Below, piece after piece: positions 37,929 to 47,398 of a DNA stretch of 64,000 nucleotides (positions are counted from its first letter, which is position 1; each line of letters opens with the position of its first letter). The stretch is taken from the IMG/VR virus record IMGVR_UViG_3300048631_000217; one strand, 5' to 3'. The stretch is from a virus (Duplodnaviria > Caudoviricetes). The notes below the pieces were generated by a model that did not search any database, was not told where the DNA came from, and saw only the letters and a list, made by a program, of their open reading frames with translations. A program made the position numbers and the translations under genes.

Positions 37929-38204
37929 TTATGCGGTTTCTACAAAGATACGCCCGGTATGCGCAAAGGTTCTGGCCCATACGTAATTGCTTGCCGCGCC
38001 ATATGTCAAATCTGCGGTCAAGGTTTTCAATTCACCTAGGCCGGGGTAGTATGGTAGACCGAAATCGGCAACTGGTGGGGTAACACCATCAACCGAGAAC
38101 CCGATATAGATCGGGTTTTGTCCCATATTAACGAAAGTTATCTCCGTCACGTTGCTGGCAATGAGTGTCCATGTCTCATCAAGTTTTACGTTGTTTTTGG
38201 CCAT
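37929..38204 (-). CDS. Putative head spike-base / decoration protein
   Basis: 91 aa all-beta (WTLI...ITFVN.G..PIYI...VWAR); first gene of appendage cluster in the head module. Confidence 0.45.
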   Translation of the reverse strand: MAKNNVKLDETWTLIASNVTEITFVNMGQNPIYIGFSVDGVTPPVADFGLPYYPGLGELKTLTADLTYGAASNYVWARTFAHTGRIFVETA

Positions 38205-38776
38205 TATCTAATCTCTCTCGCGAAATGTAGAACCTCGTCAAATCCGTCCTTATCCATCATCAAAAGACTTTCCATGGCTTTGCGATTGGATTCGTTAAGG
38301 TCTTCCGATAGATCGTTGATGGCCTCAATATCCTCTAGAACCATTTCAACGATAGTGCCGTCTTTCAATTCCATTTCGAATTTTTCGGCAACCAATTCAT
38401 CATCGTTGAATGATTCCACCTGACCATCCGCGAATCTGACAGTCTGTGCTTGCTTGCCTTTATCGACCCGATGGACGGTTCCGACTTCACCGAAACGTTC
38501 CTCGTGCGGGTTTAGAATACGAACCTTGTCGCCTTTCTTGAAGGCTTCGACAAGCTTGCCGATCCGCTTTTCTTTTGCGGATTCATATACTTTCTTGTCT
38601 TCCCCATCTTCATAGGATGCCCGGTTTGTCCTTGATTTCTTGGTAGTCCCTTTGAATACCTCATCCCCGGCAGTAGGATGCGGAATCTTGACCGTCTTAT
38701 GTTTGTCCAAGAAACGCTTGTCTTTGCCAGATTTCGGCATTTCCACTTCTGATATGATTTGCTTGAATCTCTTCAT
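38204..38776 (-). CDS. Prohead core/internal head protein with KOW-like insert
   Basis: N-terminal MKRFKQIISE resembles T4 capsid-targeting sequence; FKKGDKVRI...GEVGTV; follows gp20 (gp67/68 position). Confidence 0.6.
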   Translation of the reverse strand: MKRFKQIISEVEMPKSGKDKRFLDKHKTVKIPHPTAGDEVFKGTTKKSRTNRASYEDGEDKKVYESAKEKRIGKLVEAFKKGDKVRILNPHEERFGEVGTVHRVDKGKQAQTVRFADGQVESFNDDELVAEKFEMELKDGTIVEMVLEDIEAINDLSEDLNESNRKAMESLLMMDKDGFDEVLHFAREIR

Positions 38777-38799
38777 TTGAATCCCCGTGTGCTTTTATG

Positions 38800-40326
38800 T
38801 TATTTAGGAAACCCTCTATTCTGGTCTTCGTCTTGTTCCTCTTTCGGCTCGGCTTTGATTTCCTTATCCATATCCTTGATGTCTTCGTCCGTCTGCATAA
38901 GGACGTTCTTACGTATCCAAAGCTTAGAGAAATAGCCCCCGATTGCGCCATTGATCGAATCTATGTCACGTAACGTCGATAGTCTTTCTCTCAAAATCTC
39001 CATTTCCTTCATTTCCTCGAAATGGTTATCCTTGCGGAAATCGTATCTGATGTTGTTCTTGATAATCGACCATTCTTCGGCGGTAACGATACCTTTCAGG
39101 AGCAATTGTTTTTCCATGATACCGTCGAAAAATTGCGTAAAACGGTTGCGTAATCTGAAGATGAAACGTGAAAACTTGATTTCGTCTCTACTGATTTCGG
39201 ATGCTCGCCCGATTTGGAACCCCATTTCAGGTTCTAGACGACTAACCGGAACGTTAAGCGATTTGTATAGCTTTTTCTGGAAATATACGATATCATCCAT
39301 TTCACCTAGATTCTGCCCGCCTTGCAGGGTTTCGACTTCGGTTCCACGACCACCTTCCCGGCGGGGCAACCAGAAATCTTCCAGCATGGTCATGAACTTC
39401 CGGTCATCCCGAATCTCACCTGTCGATGCGTCATAAACAAGACGATTCTTGTGTTTGACCATCGTATCACGTAGGTATTGTTCGGCCTTGACTTTCGGTA
39501 GGTTTCCTACGTCGATATAGAATACACGGCGTTCCGGGGCGCGTGAAATGCGATAGATGACTGAGGCGTCTTCCAGCATTCGTAATTGATTGAGCGGCTT
39601 GATTGCCTTATGTAAATGTGATAGAACAAGAGTATTATGTTCATTAAGAATGCCTGATGTGGCTTCGACAACCGAATCCTTGGCGATAGCGACCCCCTGA
39701 GCGGCAGTAGCCTTTCCTTGAATTGCGGCGGTTGGGGCAAACCCGGAATCGTTATAGATATAGTATTCAGACTTCGTGACCTTGCGGATTACACCTGTTG
39801 CCGGATCGGGTAATTCCTGAATTTCCCGAACCTTTCGAATCTTTCTAGGGTCGATATACCGTAATTCCTTGATACCTTCTTTCGGGGTTTCGTTGTCGAT
39901 AATGACATGATAGCGGATACGCCCATCGACATAGAAACGTTGGAAAATGTCATACGCCTTGTTAGAGAAATCCAACATAGCGGTAACGTTCTCGAATTCT
40001 TCTGTAATGAGTTTCTTGATCCTGTCCGGTAAATCAACGTCATCCAGATTGATTTCGACCGGCTTTTCCTTGTCCGTAACAATGATACATTCGTTGATGA
40101 TATCGTCAACTGCATTATCGACTTCGGCTTGGAGAAGCATACCCCTGTATTTGGTAATCAATTCGGCTTCGGTCTTGGCCGAACCGTCCATGTCAACAAA
40201 GGTTCCGTAAGAGCCACCTGTTGCCATGACGGTAACTGCGCCGTCTTCTTCAACCTTTTCGGTAAATGACGGTCTTTCTACAACACTGTCGTCTTTTCTC
40301 TTGATTTCAAATCCGAAAAGTTTCAT
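38800..40326 (-). CDS. gp20: Portal protein
   Basis: LFGFEI, YRISRAPERRVFYIDVGNLP, EDFWLPRREGGRGTE. Confidence 0.97.
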   Translation of the reverse strand: MKLFGFEIKRKDDSVVERPSFTEKVEEDGAVTVMATGGSYGTFVDMDGSAKTEAELITKYRGMLLQAEVDNAVDDIINECIIVTDKEKPVEINLDDVDLPDRIKKLITEEFENVTAMLDFSNKAYDIFQRFYVDGRIRYHVIIDNETPKEGIKELRYIDPRKIRKVREIQELPDPATGVIRKVTKSEYYIYNDSGFAPTAAIQGKATAAQGVAIAKDSVVEATSGILNEHNTLVLSHLHKAIKPLNQLRMLEDASVIYRISRAPERRVFYIDVGNLPKVKAEQYLRDTMVKHKNRLVYDASTGEIRDDRKFMTMLEDFWLPRREGGRGTEVETLQGGQNLGEMDDIVYFQKKLYKSLNVPVSRLEPEMGFQIGRASEISRDEIKFSRFIFRLRNRFTQFFDGIMEKQLLLKGIVTAEEWSIIKNNIRYDFRKDNHFEEMKEMEILRERLSTLRDIDSINGAIGGYFSKLWIRKNVLMQTDEDIKDMDKEIKAEPKEEQDEDQNRGFPK

Positions 40327-40346
40327 TATTCACCCCGTATATTTAC

Positions 40347-40374
40347 TGAAAAGGGCGGCTTAGCCGCCCTCTTT
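40347..40374 (-). terminator. Intrinsic terminator after gp19
   Basis: AGGGCGGC-TAA-GCCGCCCT followed by TTTC. Confidence 0.75.
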
Positions 40375-40376
40375 AT

Positions 40377-40931
40377 TTAGTCGCGTGTTCCGGCGTTTCC
40401 GGTAATTCCACCCGAGATATCCCACCAATCATATTGGAAAGTGACAGTGAATTCCTGAATAGTGTCTGTCGATTCCCAATTCATTTCAACTTCCGAGATT
40501 TCAGACGGCCATAAACCGTTGAATTGGTATACCCGGATCGGGGTTCCGGTTTTAGAGAATTGCGTGATTTGGGCCTGTGCTTTGTATTGCAACGGCGAAG
40601 ATGAATTGAACGAAGTCAGGTTCCCTTCATGGCTGTTGATAGAATGTGACCATTCTTCCAAAGCGTTCTTGATCAGAAAGTCTTCATCGTTGATGACAGT
40701 GACTGTCCAAGGTTCGAATGTCCTGTCGCCCGACAATTTGACCTTACGCCCCATATAAGGGGCTTCGATGACCCCCAAAGCCGAAGGCGGTTGCGAAGCT
40801 GCCTTGACCATGAAGGGAACCTTTAGATCCCCAAGGGAATTGACCGGGTTTTGAATTTGCACTTGGAATAGGGTAGGTCGCGCCCCACCGAAGGTTAGTT
40901 GCGACCTGATTTCATTGATAGAGAATGCCAT
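40377..40931 (-). CDS. gp19: Tail tube protein
   Basis: GGARPTLF, GDRTFEPWTVTVINDEDF, IQEFTVTFQYDWW. Confidence 0.95.
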   Translation of the reverse strand: MAFSINEIRSQLTFGGARPTLFQVQIQNPVNSLGDLKVPFMVKAASQPPSALGVIEAPYMGRKVKLSGDRTFEPWTVTVINDEDFLIKNALEEWSHSINSHEGNLTSFNSSSPLQYKAQAQITQFSKTGTPIRVYQFNGLWPSEISEVEMNWESTDTIQEFTVTFQYDWWDISGGITGNAGTRD

Positions 40932-40956
40932 TTGAATTGTCTCCTGTTAATATCTA

Positions 40957-42762
40957 TTAGACGCGACCAACAATCTCTTCAAATTCGACACCCGAACGAA
41001 CGGCCACGAAATTAAGCTGGATGAAGTTGATTGATTTTGCCGGTTTGATGTAGATATCGCCACGGAATTCGTTACGGCCAATTACGTCTGCCGTGTTATT
41101 CGTTTCATCACAGACAACGCGGAAATCATAGATACCACGTCTACCCTGAACGTCTCTCAAAAACGGCTCGATAAGGTTTCTGAATTGGGCACGAGTAAAA
41201 TCGTCGTTGAATTCAAACAATGTTGATTTTGATGCTCTGGCGATAGCCTTTTCCAGAACGATAAACAGACGACGAACGTTGATACGATCAAATGCACTCG
41301 GGCGACCTAATAGAGTCTTATCACCGAATAGCAAGGTTCCTTGTCCCGGTTGACTGATAACCGGGTTGCACCCTCTACCGTATAGAAGATCACGTTCGGC
41401 CTTGTTCGGGTTGAATGCCAGCTTGACAATGTTCTTGATCGTGCCACGATTATATCCGGCAAATGAGAACCACGGGTCGCGCACGTTATCTGTACGTGCC
41501 GCCAGACCGGCAATATCACCGTTTAGCGGAGTGTAGCGATACACGTCATTATATTTGTCGTAACGGAACTTGTATCCTGAATCTAGGAAGGCGTAAGAAC
41601 TACGGCTAACGGCGTTGGTGAAGGCGGTAATAGCCGCAACTTCGCCGCCCGGATTATTGACCACATCCGTATATTCAGGTGACACGAATACCACACAATC
41701 TTTACGGACTTCGGCGATATTGTCGATAAGGTAATTGGCCAGCCCGGAACCATCCGTCCCTAGGCGAGATTTACCCGTCATGATCAAGGATACGTCAACG
41801 TCTTCCGGCGAAATGTAAAGGTCGTATGCCGCAGCAAGCGCCGAAAGACCGATAGTCTTTTCATCGTCGCCATTCGTCCCCTCGATCAGAGTTGTGTAAG
41901 TTGCCGTCCCGGTTGCGGTAATCGTATCAGCCGTTGAATAAAGCCAATTCGAACCACGATTGATTACAGTCTTATAGAAGTTGGTCGCACCAGTTTCCGT
42001 CTTTGCGGTTGACAGGACCGAAACGTTTTCGTATACTTCGAGAATTGTTCCGGCGTTTCCGGTAATCAATCCATCTTCGTCAATGACCGCCACATGAATT
42101 TCATTCGCGCCCGGTGCCGTTTCCACGCTGCGATAGTTGCCCCAATAGCGTGTTGTCACAAGAGCCGTGTTCGAAGCTAGACGATACTTTTCTAGGAATT
42201 CCACATCGGTTCCGGTCACTGACGAAACAGTCAGATCCTGATATCCGATTGAATCGTTGCCGATATGAAGGATATCACCCGCCGCAAGATCGCCGGTTGT
42301 GGTAATCGTGGCAGTATTCGCACCTGTCGAAATCGTCACACCGCTTACGGCAGACGAATAGGCATTAGCCGATGGACATACCGAAACCTTCAGGCTATTT
42401 CCCAAAACCCCCGGATAGCGGGCAATGAAATTCGCGCCAGTAAAGGCTAGGGCGGAATCCTCGGTCAATACTTGTGTATTTGCGGCACCGGCATTGAATG
42501 CGGTATTCGAAACCGCACGGGATACGTACAGGCTATTTGAATACGATAGGAAATCTGCGGCGGTAAAGAACGTTTCGGCGTTGTCATTGGTCGGCGTTGA
42601 AAAGCGTGATACCAGATCGGTTTCCGAAGTCACAAGCACACGCTCATTGACCGGACCCCAATTGAATACCCCCGCGATAACACCTTCGGTAGTGGCAACA
42701 GATGGAACAACTGAGGTAGAATCCACCTCACTTACGTTCACACCGGGACTTACTTGGAACAT
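40957..42762 (-). CDS. gp18: Tail sheath protein
   Basis: SPGVNVSEVD, FNWGP, AFDRINVRRLF, KPAKSINFIQLNFVA. Confidence 0.97.
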   Translation of the reverse strand: MFQVSPGVNVSEVDSTSVVPSVATTEGVIAGVFNWGPVNERVLVTSETDLVSRFSTPTNDNAETFFTAADFLSYSNSLYVSRAVSNTAFNAGAANTQVLTEDSALAFTGANFIARYPGVLGNSLKVSVCPSANAYSSAVSGVTISTGANTATITTTGDLAAGDILHIGNDSIGYQDLTVSSVTGTDVEFLEKYRLASNTALVTTRYWGNYRSVETAPGANEIHVAVIDEDGLITGNAGTILEVYENVSVLSTAKTETGATNFYKTVINRGSNWLYSTADTITATGTATYTTLIEGTNGDDEKTIGLSALAAAYDLYISPEDVDVSLIMTGKSRLGTDGSGLANYLIDNIAEVRKDCVVFVSPEYTDVVNNPGGEVAAITAFTNAVSRSSYAFLDSGYKFRYDKYNDVYRYTPLNGDIAGLAARTDNVRDPWFSFAGYNRGTIKNIVKLAFNPNKAERDLLYGRGCNPVISQPGQGTLLFGDKTLLGRPSAFDRINVRRLFIVLEKAIARASKSTLFEFNDDFTRAQFRNLIEPFLRDVQGRRGIYDFRVVCDETNNTADVIGRNEFRGDIYIKPAKSINFIQLNFVAVRSGVEFEEIVGRV

Positions 42763-42826
42763 GTAATTTCTCCTTGTAAAACAGGCATTGATAGACTTAT
42801 TTCTGTTGTATTTAGGTTATGACGAT

Positions 42827-45427
42827 TTAGAAATCACTCACAACCCCATCATCAATACCGTTTTCTACAAATCCGAAAGGCAGCATGTCCATTTCCAATT
42901 CTTCTTCAGTCTTTTGACGTAGAGTATTTAGAGTGTTGATGTCGGTCATATCCTTGAAGTATTGTTGTGTTGTCATCCAAGAAAACAACACAAGAGTCAT
43001 GACCATATCGTCATGGCAACCGGGTTCGGCTTCGAACGATACGCCTTTCTTGGAAAAGGTCGATAATTCGTTGATTGTAGCAAAATCGTTTACGATCAAT
43101 TGTTCCTGTTCTATCAGGAGTTTCAGCACACTACATCCCACCGATTTTACACTCTTTGTAGTGCGAATGCCTTTGTCAATATTCTTACCATAACCAGAAG
43201 ATATACGCTTCCCGACCCTTCCGGCGTTTTCGGTATAGATAAGGGTTTCGCACTCGAATTCCCAATGAAGTGAGTCCGAAATAGCCTCCCCCATGTCATT
43301 CACTTCCACCAAGATATAGGCGTCGTTATATTGTTTCGAAAGTCGATAGATGACCGAAGAAAAGTCAACAGGTGTAATCAAATTGTCTCGGAATGTGGCA
43401 ACCTGTTTGTAAGGCATTTTCGTGATGTCGATGACCGAGAAAGTCGAATAGTCCAGTCCCTTGCCGCGTCCTACATCAACAATGATCGTATAGACATTAC
43501 CGGGTTCCGGTTTGTTGTAGATCTTCAGTTTATCGTATTCGAATGACGGTTCATTGATGACGAGTTGTTTCAATCGCCAACCGTCAATAAGAGTGCCCGA
43601 AGACCCCATGAACGCGCATTCGAATTCTTGGGCAAACTTTTCTGTATCGAAATCCATGGCGGCTAGTGTAGATTGACGCCACGCCTCATCCCGCCCCGGA
43701 ACCCTGTTCCAAGGAACTTCGATATAGTGATACCCGTTCCACCTATCAGGTTCGGACTCTTTCTTCTGCGCAGATTCACATATCTTGTAGAAGTGATTCA
43801 ATCCTTTCGGGGTAGATGTGAAAAGAACCTTAGTCGTCTTACCAGACGAAATTGTCGGATAGACTGAGGCAAAGAATTCGTCCCAATTTTCAACGAAGGC
43901 CGTCTCATCAATATATACAAGAGAACAAGATTTTCCTCGCACTGCCGAAGATGACGTAGACGCGGCAATGACCTTGCATCCATTTTCCAAGGTGACGGAA
44001 CCTTTGTTCCATTCTACGACACCCTGTTGCAACCATTGCGGAAGGGCTTCGTATGCAATTTGAATGCGGTCAAGGATTTCGCGGGCCGCATCGCCCTTGT
44101 TGGCCAGTAATGCGACCAGCTTGTATTCATTGAAGATGATGTAGTGCAGGATTACGGCAACGGCTGTCGTGGTATTATGGGTCGGAATGTAACTTTTGCT
44201 ACATAGAAAAAGATGCTCTTTATTATCGACCTGTATACACCTTACCGGCACACTTTCTATCGGTTCGATTTCATGTATGTAATAATGGTCATTCTTCACA
44301 TGACCCAGACACGATTCCTGATTACTGGCCTTCCTTTCCAACTTAGCGACAACATGTTTCTTGGTAGAGAACGACAAGGTAAAATATCGCCCATAGCCTG
44401 AAACGTTCTTGTGCCGCTTTCTAACCTTTATGCCCAAAGATGAAAGAATCTGTCGCACAATATCAAGAAGTTTTTCATCTTTCTGATAGAATTCACATCT
44501 TCCTTTCCTATCAACCGAACCGTCAGAATCAATCAATCCCCTGATCAATTCGAGTCTCTGCTTTTTAGAAGCAAATTGATAAGCATCCGGGATATGTTTA
44601 TTGTCTAGAAATCCATTAAGACGCAAAAGTCTGTTAAGGCCGATGACGTTAAAACGTGCAGAATTATGGGTTCTATGATCTCTCTTTGATTTACTTACAT
44701 CGAAACCGCACTCTTTCACATGATCCATAATCTCGTCTACATCCTGTATCGACGTGTATATAATGCCATTGCGACGACAACCATCACCTAACCATAACCC
44801 CAATACATAAGGATGTATCGGCAGGTCTCTTTCTGGATATTCTACACCGTCATGGTTTCTAATTCTGATCGACTGTCCGACAGATTTCGCCTTATCCAGA
44901 ATCGGGATCAATTGTTCGGTCGTCAGATTCGTTTCCTTGCCGGAATTGTGGACATTACTGGACACCTTCCATATATGGTCGGCATCCGCCTTGACAGTTT
45001 CCCCGTTGTCGAATTTGATTGAATACACGTTTCTAGCGTGATATGTTTCGGTAGCGAAAGTGATCTTCGTTGGTTTTCCATCACCGCCGAATATGATATC
45101 ACCGACGATTAATTCGCCCATCGTCTTCCAACCGGACGGGGTAGGGATAGGGGTATCTAACGAAAGGGCTTTTCCGGCTTGCCTTGATGTACATACCGCA
45201 ACCTGCCGCTCATTCGTAATGGCTCGGGTAATGTCTTTCTGATACTCGTACATTTCCATGGGAATAAGCCCATGGTCCACATGCACAATCTGTACGTATT
45301 TCTCTGCGAAATAGATAGGATCTTTGGCGCATTTGATCCATTCCTGAACCTGTTCTTCAGTGAATTCCTGAATCGCCCCTTTCTTTTTCAGATTGGCGTT
45401 GCCGCGATATGTGACGGTATCAGTCAT
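42827..45427 (-). CDS. gp17: Terminase large subunit (intein-containing)
   Basis: SRQAGK|TTT Walker A split by intein; YIDETAF; DVGRG; HDDMVM. Confidence 0.96.
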   Translation of the reverse strand: MTDTVTYRGNANLKKKGAIQEFTEEQVQEWIKCAKDPIYFAEKYVQIVHVDHGLIPMEMYEYQKDITRAITNERQVAVCTSRQAGKALSLDTPIPTPSGWKTMGELIVGDIIFGGDGKPTKITFATETYHARNVYSIKFDNGETVKADADHIWKVSSNVHNSGKETNLTTEQLIPILDKAKSVGQSIRIRNHDGVEYPERDLPIHPYVLGLWLGDGCRRNGIIYTSIQDVDEIMDHVKECGFDVSKSKRDHRTHNSARFNVIGLNRLLRLNGFLDNKHIPDAYQFASKKQRLELIRGLIDSDGSVDRKGRCEFYQKDEKLLDIVRQILSSLGIKVRKRHKNVSGYGRYFTLSFSTKKHVVAKLERKASNQESCLGHVKNDHYYIHEIEPIESVPVRCIQVDNKEHLFLCSKSYIPTHNTTTAVAVILHYIIFNEYKLVALLANKGDAAREILDRIQIAYEALPQWLQQGVVEWNKGSVTLENGCKVIAASTSSSAVRGKSCSLVYIDETAFVENWDEFFASVYPTISSGKTTKVLFTSTPKGLNHFYKICESAQKKESEPDRWNGYHYIEVPWNRVPGRDEAWRQSTLAAMDFDTEKFAQEFECAFMGSSGTLIDGWRLKQLVINEPSFEYDKLKIYNKPEPGNVYTIIVDVGRGKGLDYSTFSVIDITKMPYKQVATFRDNLITPVDFSSVIYRLSKQYNDAYILVEVNDMGEAISDSLHWEFECETLIYTENAGRVGKRISSGYGKNIDKGIRTTKSVKSVGCSVLKLLIEQEQLIVNDFATINELSTFSKKGVSFEAEPGCHDDMVMTLVLFSWMTTQQYFKDMTDINTLNTLRQKTEEELEMDMLPFGFVENGIDDGVVSDF
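44174..45169 (-). mobile_element. Intein (332 aa) with LAGLIDADG endonuclease; Ala-start, class-3 signature
   Basis: ALSLDTPIPTPSGW...ADADHIW...LGLWLGDG...IRGLIDSDG...VRCIQVD...IPTHN/T. Confidence 0.92.
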
Positions 45428-45827
45428 CGGAATCCTTGCTATTCTTCAAAGCTTTCTGTAGGTCCGATGTTGACCCTATGAAGAATGTATTGTTTACAGG
45501 TTGTTCTTTGTCGGTTTCGTTCTTTTTCTTGAAACGTTCCTGTTTCTTCATATCAAGGTCTATCAAATCCTTGTTACCATCAAGTATAGTTTTGATAAGA
45601 CCGGCCATTACCTCATAGGCTCTAGGATGCTCCGAAGCCTTCGCGACATCCATAAGATCCTGTAAGGCCGAACCACCTATGGCCAGCGTATCAAGAATGT
45701 TCTGACGTGCTATCCGATAATCGGCCTGCTCATCACCTTCATCCGGTAATACGTCACCGGACAAAGGTTCTTCCCTTTCCGGTTCATACGGCACCATTCC
45801 GAGACTCTTCGATAATTTGTCTTCCAT
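45420..45827 (-). CDS. gp16: Terminase small subunit
   Basis: DYRIARQN, SEHPRAYEV, NNTFFIGSTSDLQK. Confidence 0.93.
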   Translation of the reverse strand: MEDKLSKSLGMVPYEPEREEPLSGDVLPDEGDEQADYRIARQNILDTLAIGGSALQDLMDVAKASEHPRAYEVMAGLIKTILDGNKDLIDLDMKKQERFKKKNETDKEQPVNNTFFIGSTSDLQKALKNSKDSDD

Positions 45828-45835
45828 TTCTAGAC

Positions 45836-46624
45836 CTATTCAATTTTTACAATGTAATCCCAATCATCCCCAAGCTTGATATCCGTGAATGGAATAGTTT
45901 GTGTGATATCTGTCGTAGGGGTTCCGTTAGCGGTCAATCCGGGTTGAACCGTTACCTTCTCTAGCAGATCTGTCGAAGTCATGGTGCCATATACAGATGT
46001 ATTGGCGAACTTGATGACTTTCTTGTTTGTGACGGGGCCAAAATAGTATCCCTTTAAGGTGAATTGCAGCGTCCATGTCAGAATACGTCTTTCCTCGAAC
46101 GTGCCTTCGTATTGGTCTTCGGATGTGACAGAATTGAGAATGATCGGAACATCCCAATAGATTTCCAAATCGTCTATCAGGCGTACGCTACTTGTCCATT
46201 GCGGCTTGAAGAATGGTAAAATCTGTTCCACGATCTTCAAGGCGTCTTCGGGGTACTTGGCCATGATATTCAATTCTATCTGGATATCATACGGGGCCGG
46301 GTAGAAATGTTTCTTGAAATAGGAAGCATCTATTGCCTGCGCCCTTACATTCTGTAATGATGATTGGGCGCGTGTCCCGTCATATTCCATTGACATGATT
46401 TCGAAAGACATTCTCGGAAGAACGATAGCCGGTGCCTTGAATTCGGGGTCTTGTTTGACCTTGGACAAGAATTTCTGTGCCGGGCCATATGCCAGAGGAA
46501 CCTTGAATTTCTGGATTTCTACGTTGGTGTTGTCGGTTCGGGAAATGCTGATATCATTGAATATCGTCCCGAACATCACCATATATCTACGTGTAGTCTC
46601 GTTATAGAAGTCATATCCGAACAT
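45836..46624 (-). CDS. gp15: Tail sheath stabiliser / terminator
   Basis: FGTIFNDI, VPLAYGPAQKFL, LPRMSFE, VEQILPFFKP. Confidence 0.94.
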   Translation of the reverse strand: MFGYDFYNETTRRYMVMFGTIFNDISISRTDNTNVEIQKFKVPLAYGPAQKFLSKVKQDPEFKAPAIVLPRMSFEIMSMEYDGTRAQSSLQNVRAQAIDASYFKKHFYPAPYDIQIELNIMAKYPEDALKIVEQILPFFKPQWTSSVRLIDDLEIYWDVPIILNSVTSEDQYEGTFEERRILTWTLQFTLKGYYFGPVTNKKVIKFANTSVYGTMTSTDLLEKVTVQPGLTANGTPTTDITQTIPFTDIKLGDDWDYIVKIE

Positions 46625-47277
46625 TACCAACTACCCCCTGCCGAAAATGGATCGGCTTCCGAAAAATCAATGAACGTGTTTGCGGTGTTCTGGATCGTTG
46701 TGTTATCTGCCCATGGGTCAATGTCTTCAATATCCGTGTTGGCCGTCATGTCGTAATCAGCGAACAATGCGTCTATCTCGGCATTACCTGTCTGGAACCT
46801 TTGGTTACTGTATTCCAGCAACTCAACCTTCAAATCGTACATCTGAAGCTTACCGAATTGATAGAAGATTGATTCATGTTCAACGTGCATGATTTCGAAC
46901 ATTTTCCTGTTCAAAGGGAAATAGATCAAATCGCCCTCATCAGGTCTAGGGAGTCCTGTCGGTGTGCCGATAGACTCGTTGAACCGCTTGATGGCTACCG
47001 ATAGTGTCATGGCATCCCGTATCTGGATACCGAATTTGGAAAAAAGGTCGCCTTCGCCCTCGAACGAGTCCACGTTCTTGATGTACATTTCGATAGCATC
47101 CGCTCTTTGGAACAAAGGCAGATCATCGGAGTTCATCAGCTTGTCTTCCGACCCAAGAGTCCGGGGCAGATAGAAAACATCAAGACCGTGTATCTTGATT
47201 GATTCTATGATCAGGTCTTCTATAAGACCTTGTTCGCCAGCATGACCAAGTTGTGTGAAATAGCTGTTTGTTGCCAT
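46624..47277 (-). CDS. gp14: Neck protein
   Basis: EQGLIEDLIIESIKIHG, FSKFGIQIRD, PDEGDLIYFP. Confidence 0.94.
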   Translation of the reverse strand: MATNSYFTQLGHAGEQGLIEDLIIESIKIHGLDVFYLPRTLGSEDKLMNSDDLPLFQRADAIEMYIKNVDSFEGEGDLFSKFGIQIRDAMTLSVAIKRFNESIGTPTGLPRPDEGDLIYFPLNRKMFEIMHVEHESIFYQFGKLQMYDLKVELLEYSNQRFQTGNAEIDALFADYDMTANTDIEDIDPWADNTTIQNTANTFIDFSEADPFSAGGSW

Positions 47278-47338
47278 GTTCCTACCATTATTCAGATATT
47301 TCAGTTATTTAGTAGGGGGAATTTTTCGTATTACTCAC

Positions 47339-47398
47339 TTGACAAAGTGTTTGGGAGAACCTATATTCATCATGTAAGCGATAGGAAAGGAATCAGAA
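47339..47398 (+). promoter_or_regulatory. Early promoter/leader module, copy 4
   Basis: TTGACA 47339-44, 17 bp, TATATT 47362-67, CATCATGTAAGCGATAG, GAAAGGAA RBS. Confidence 0.85.
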
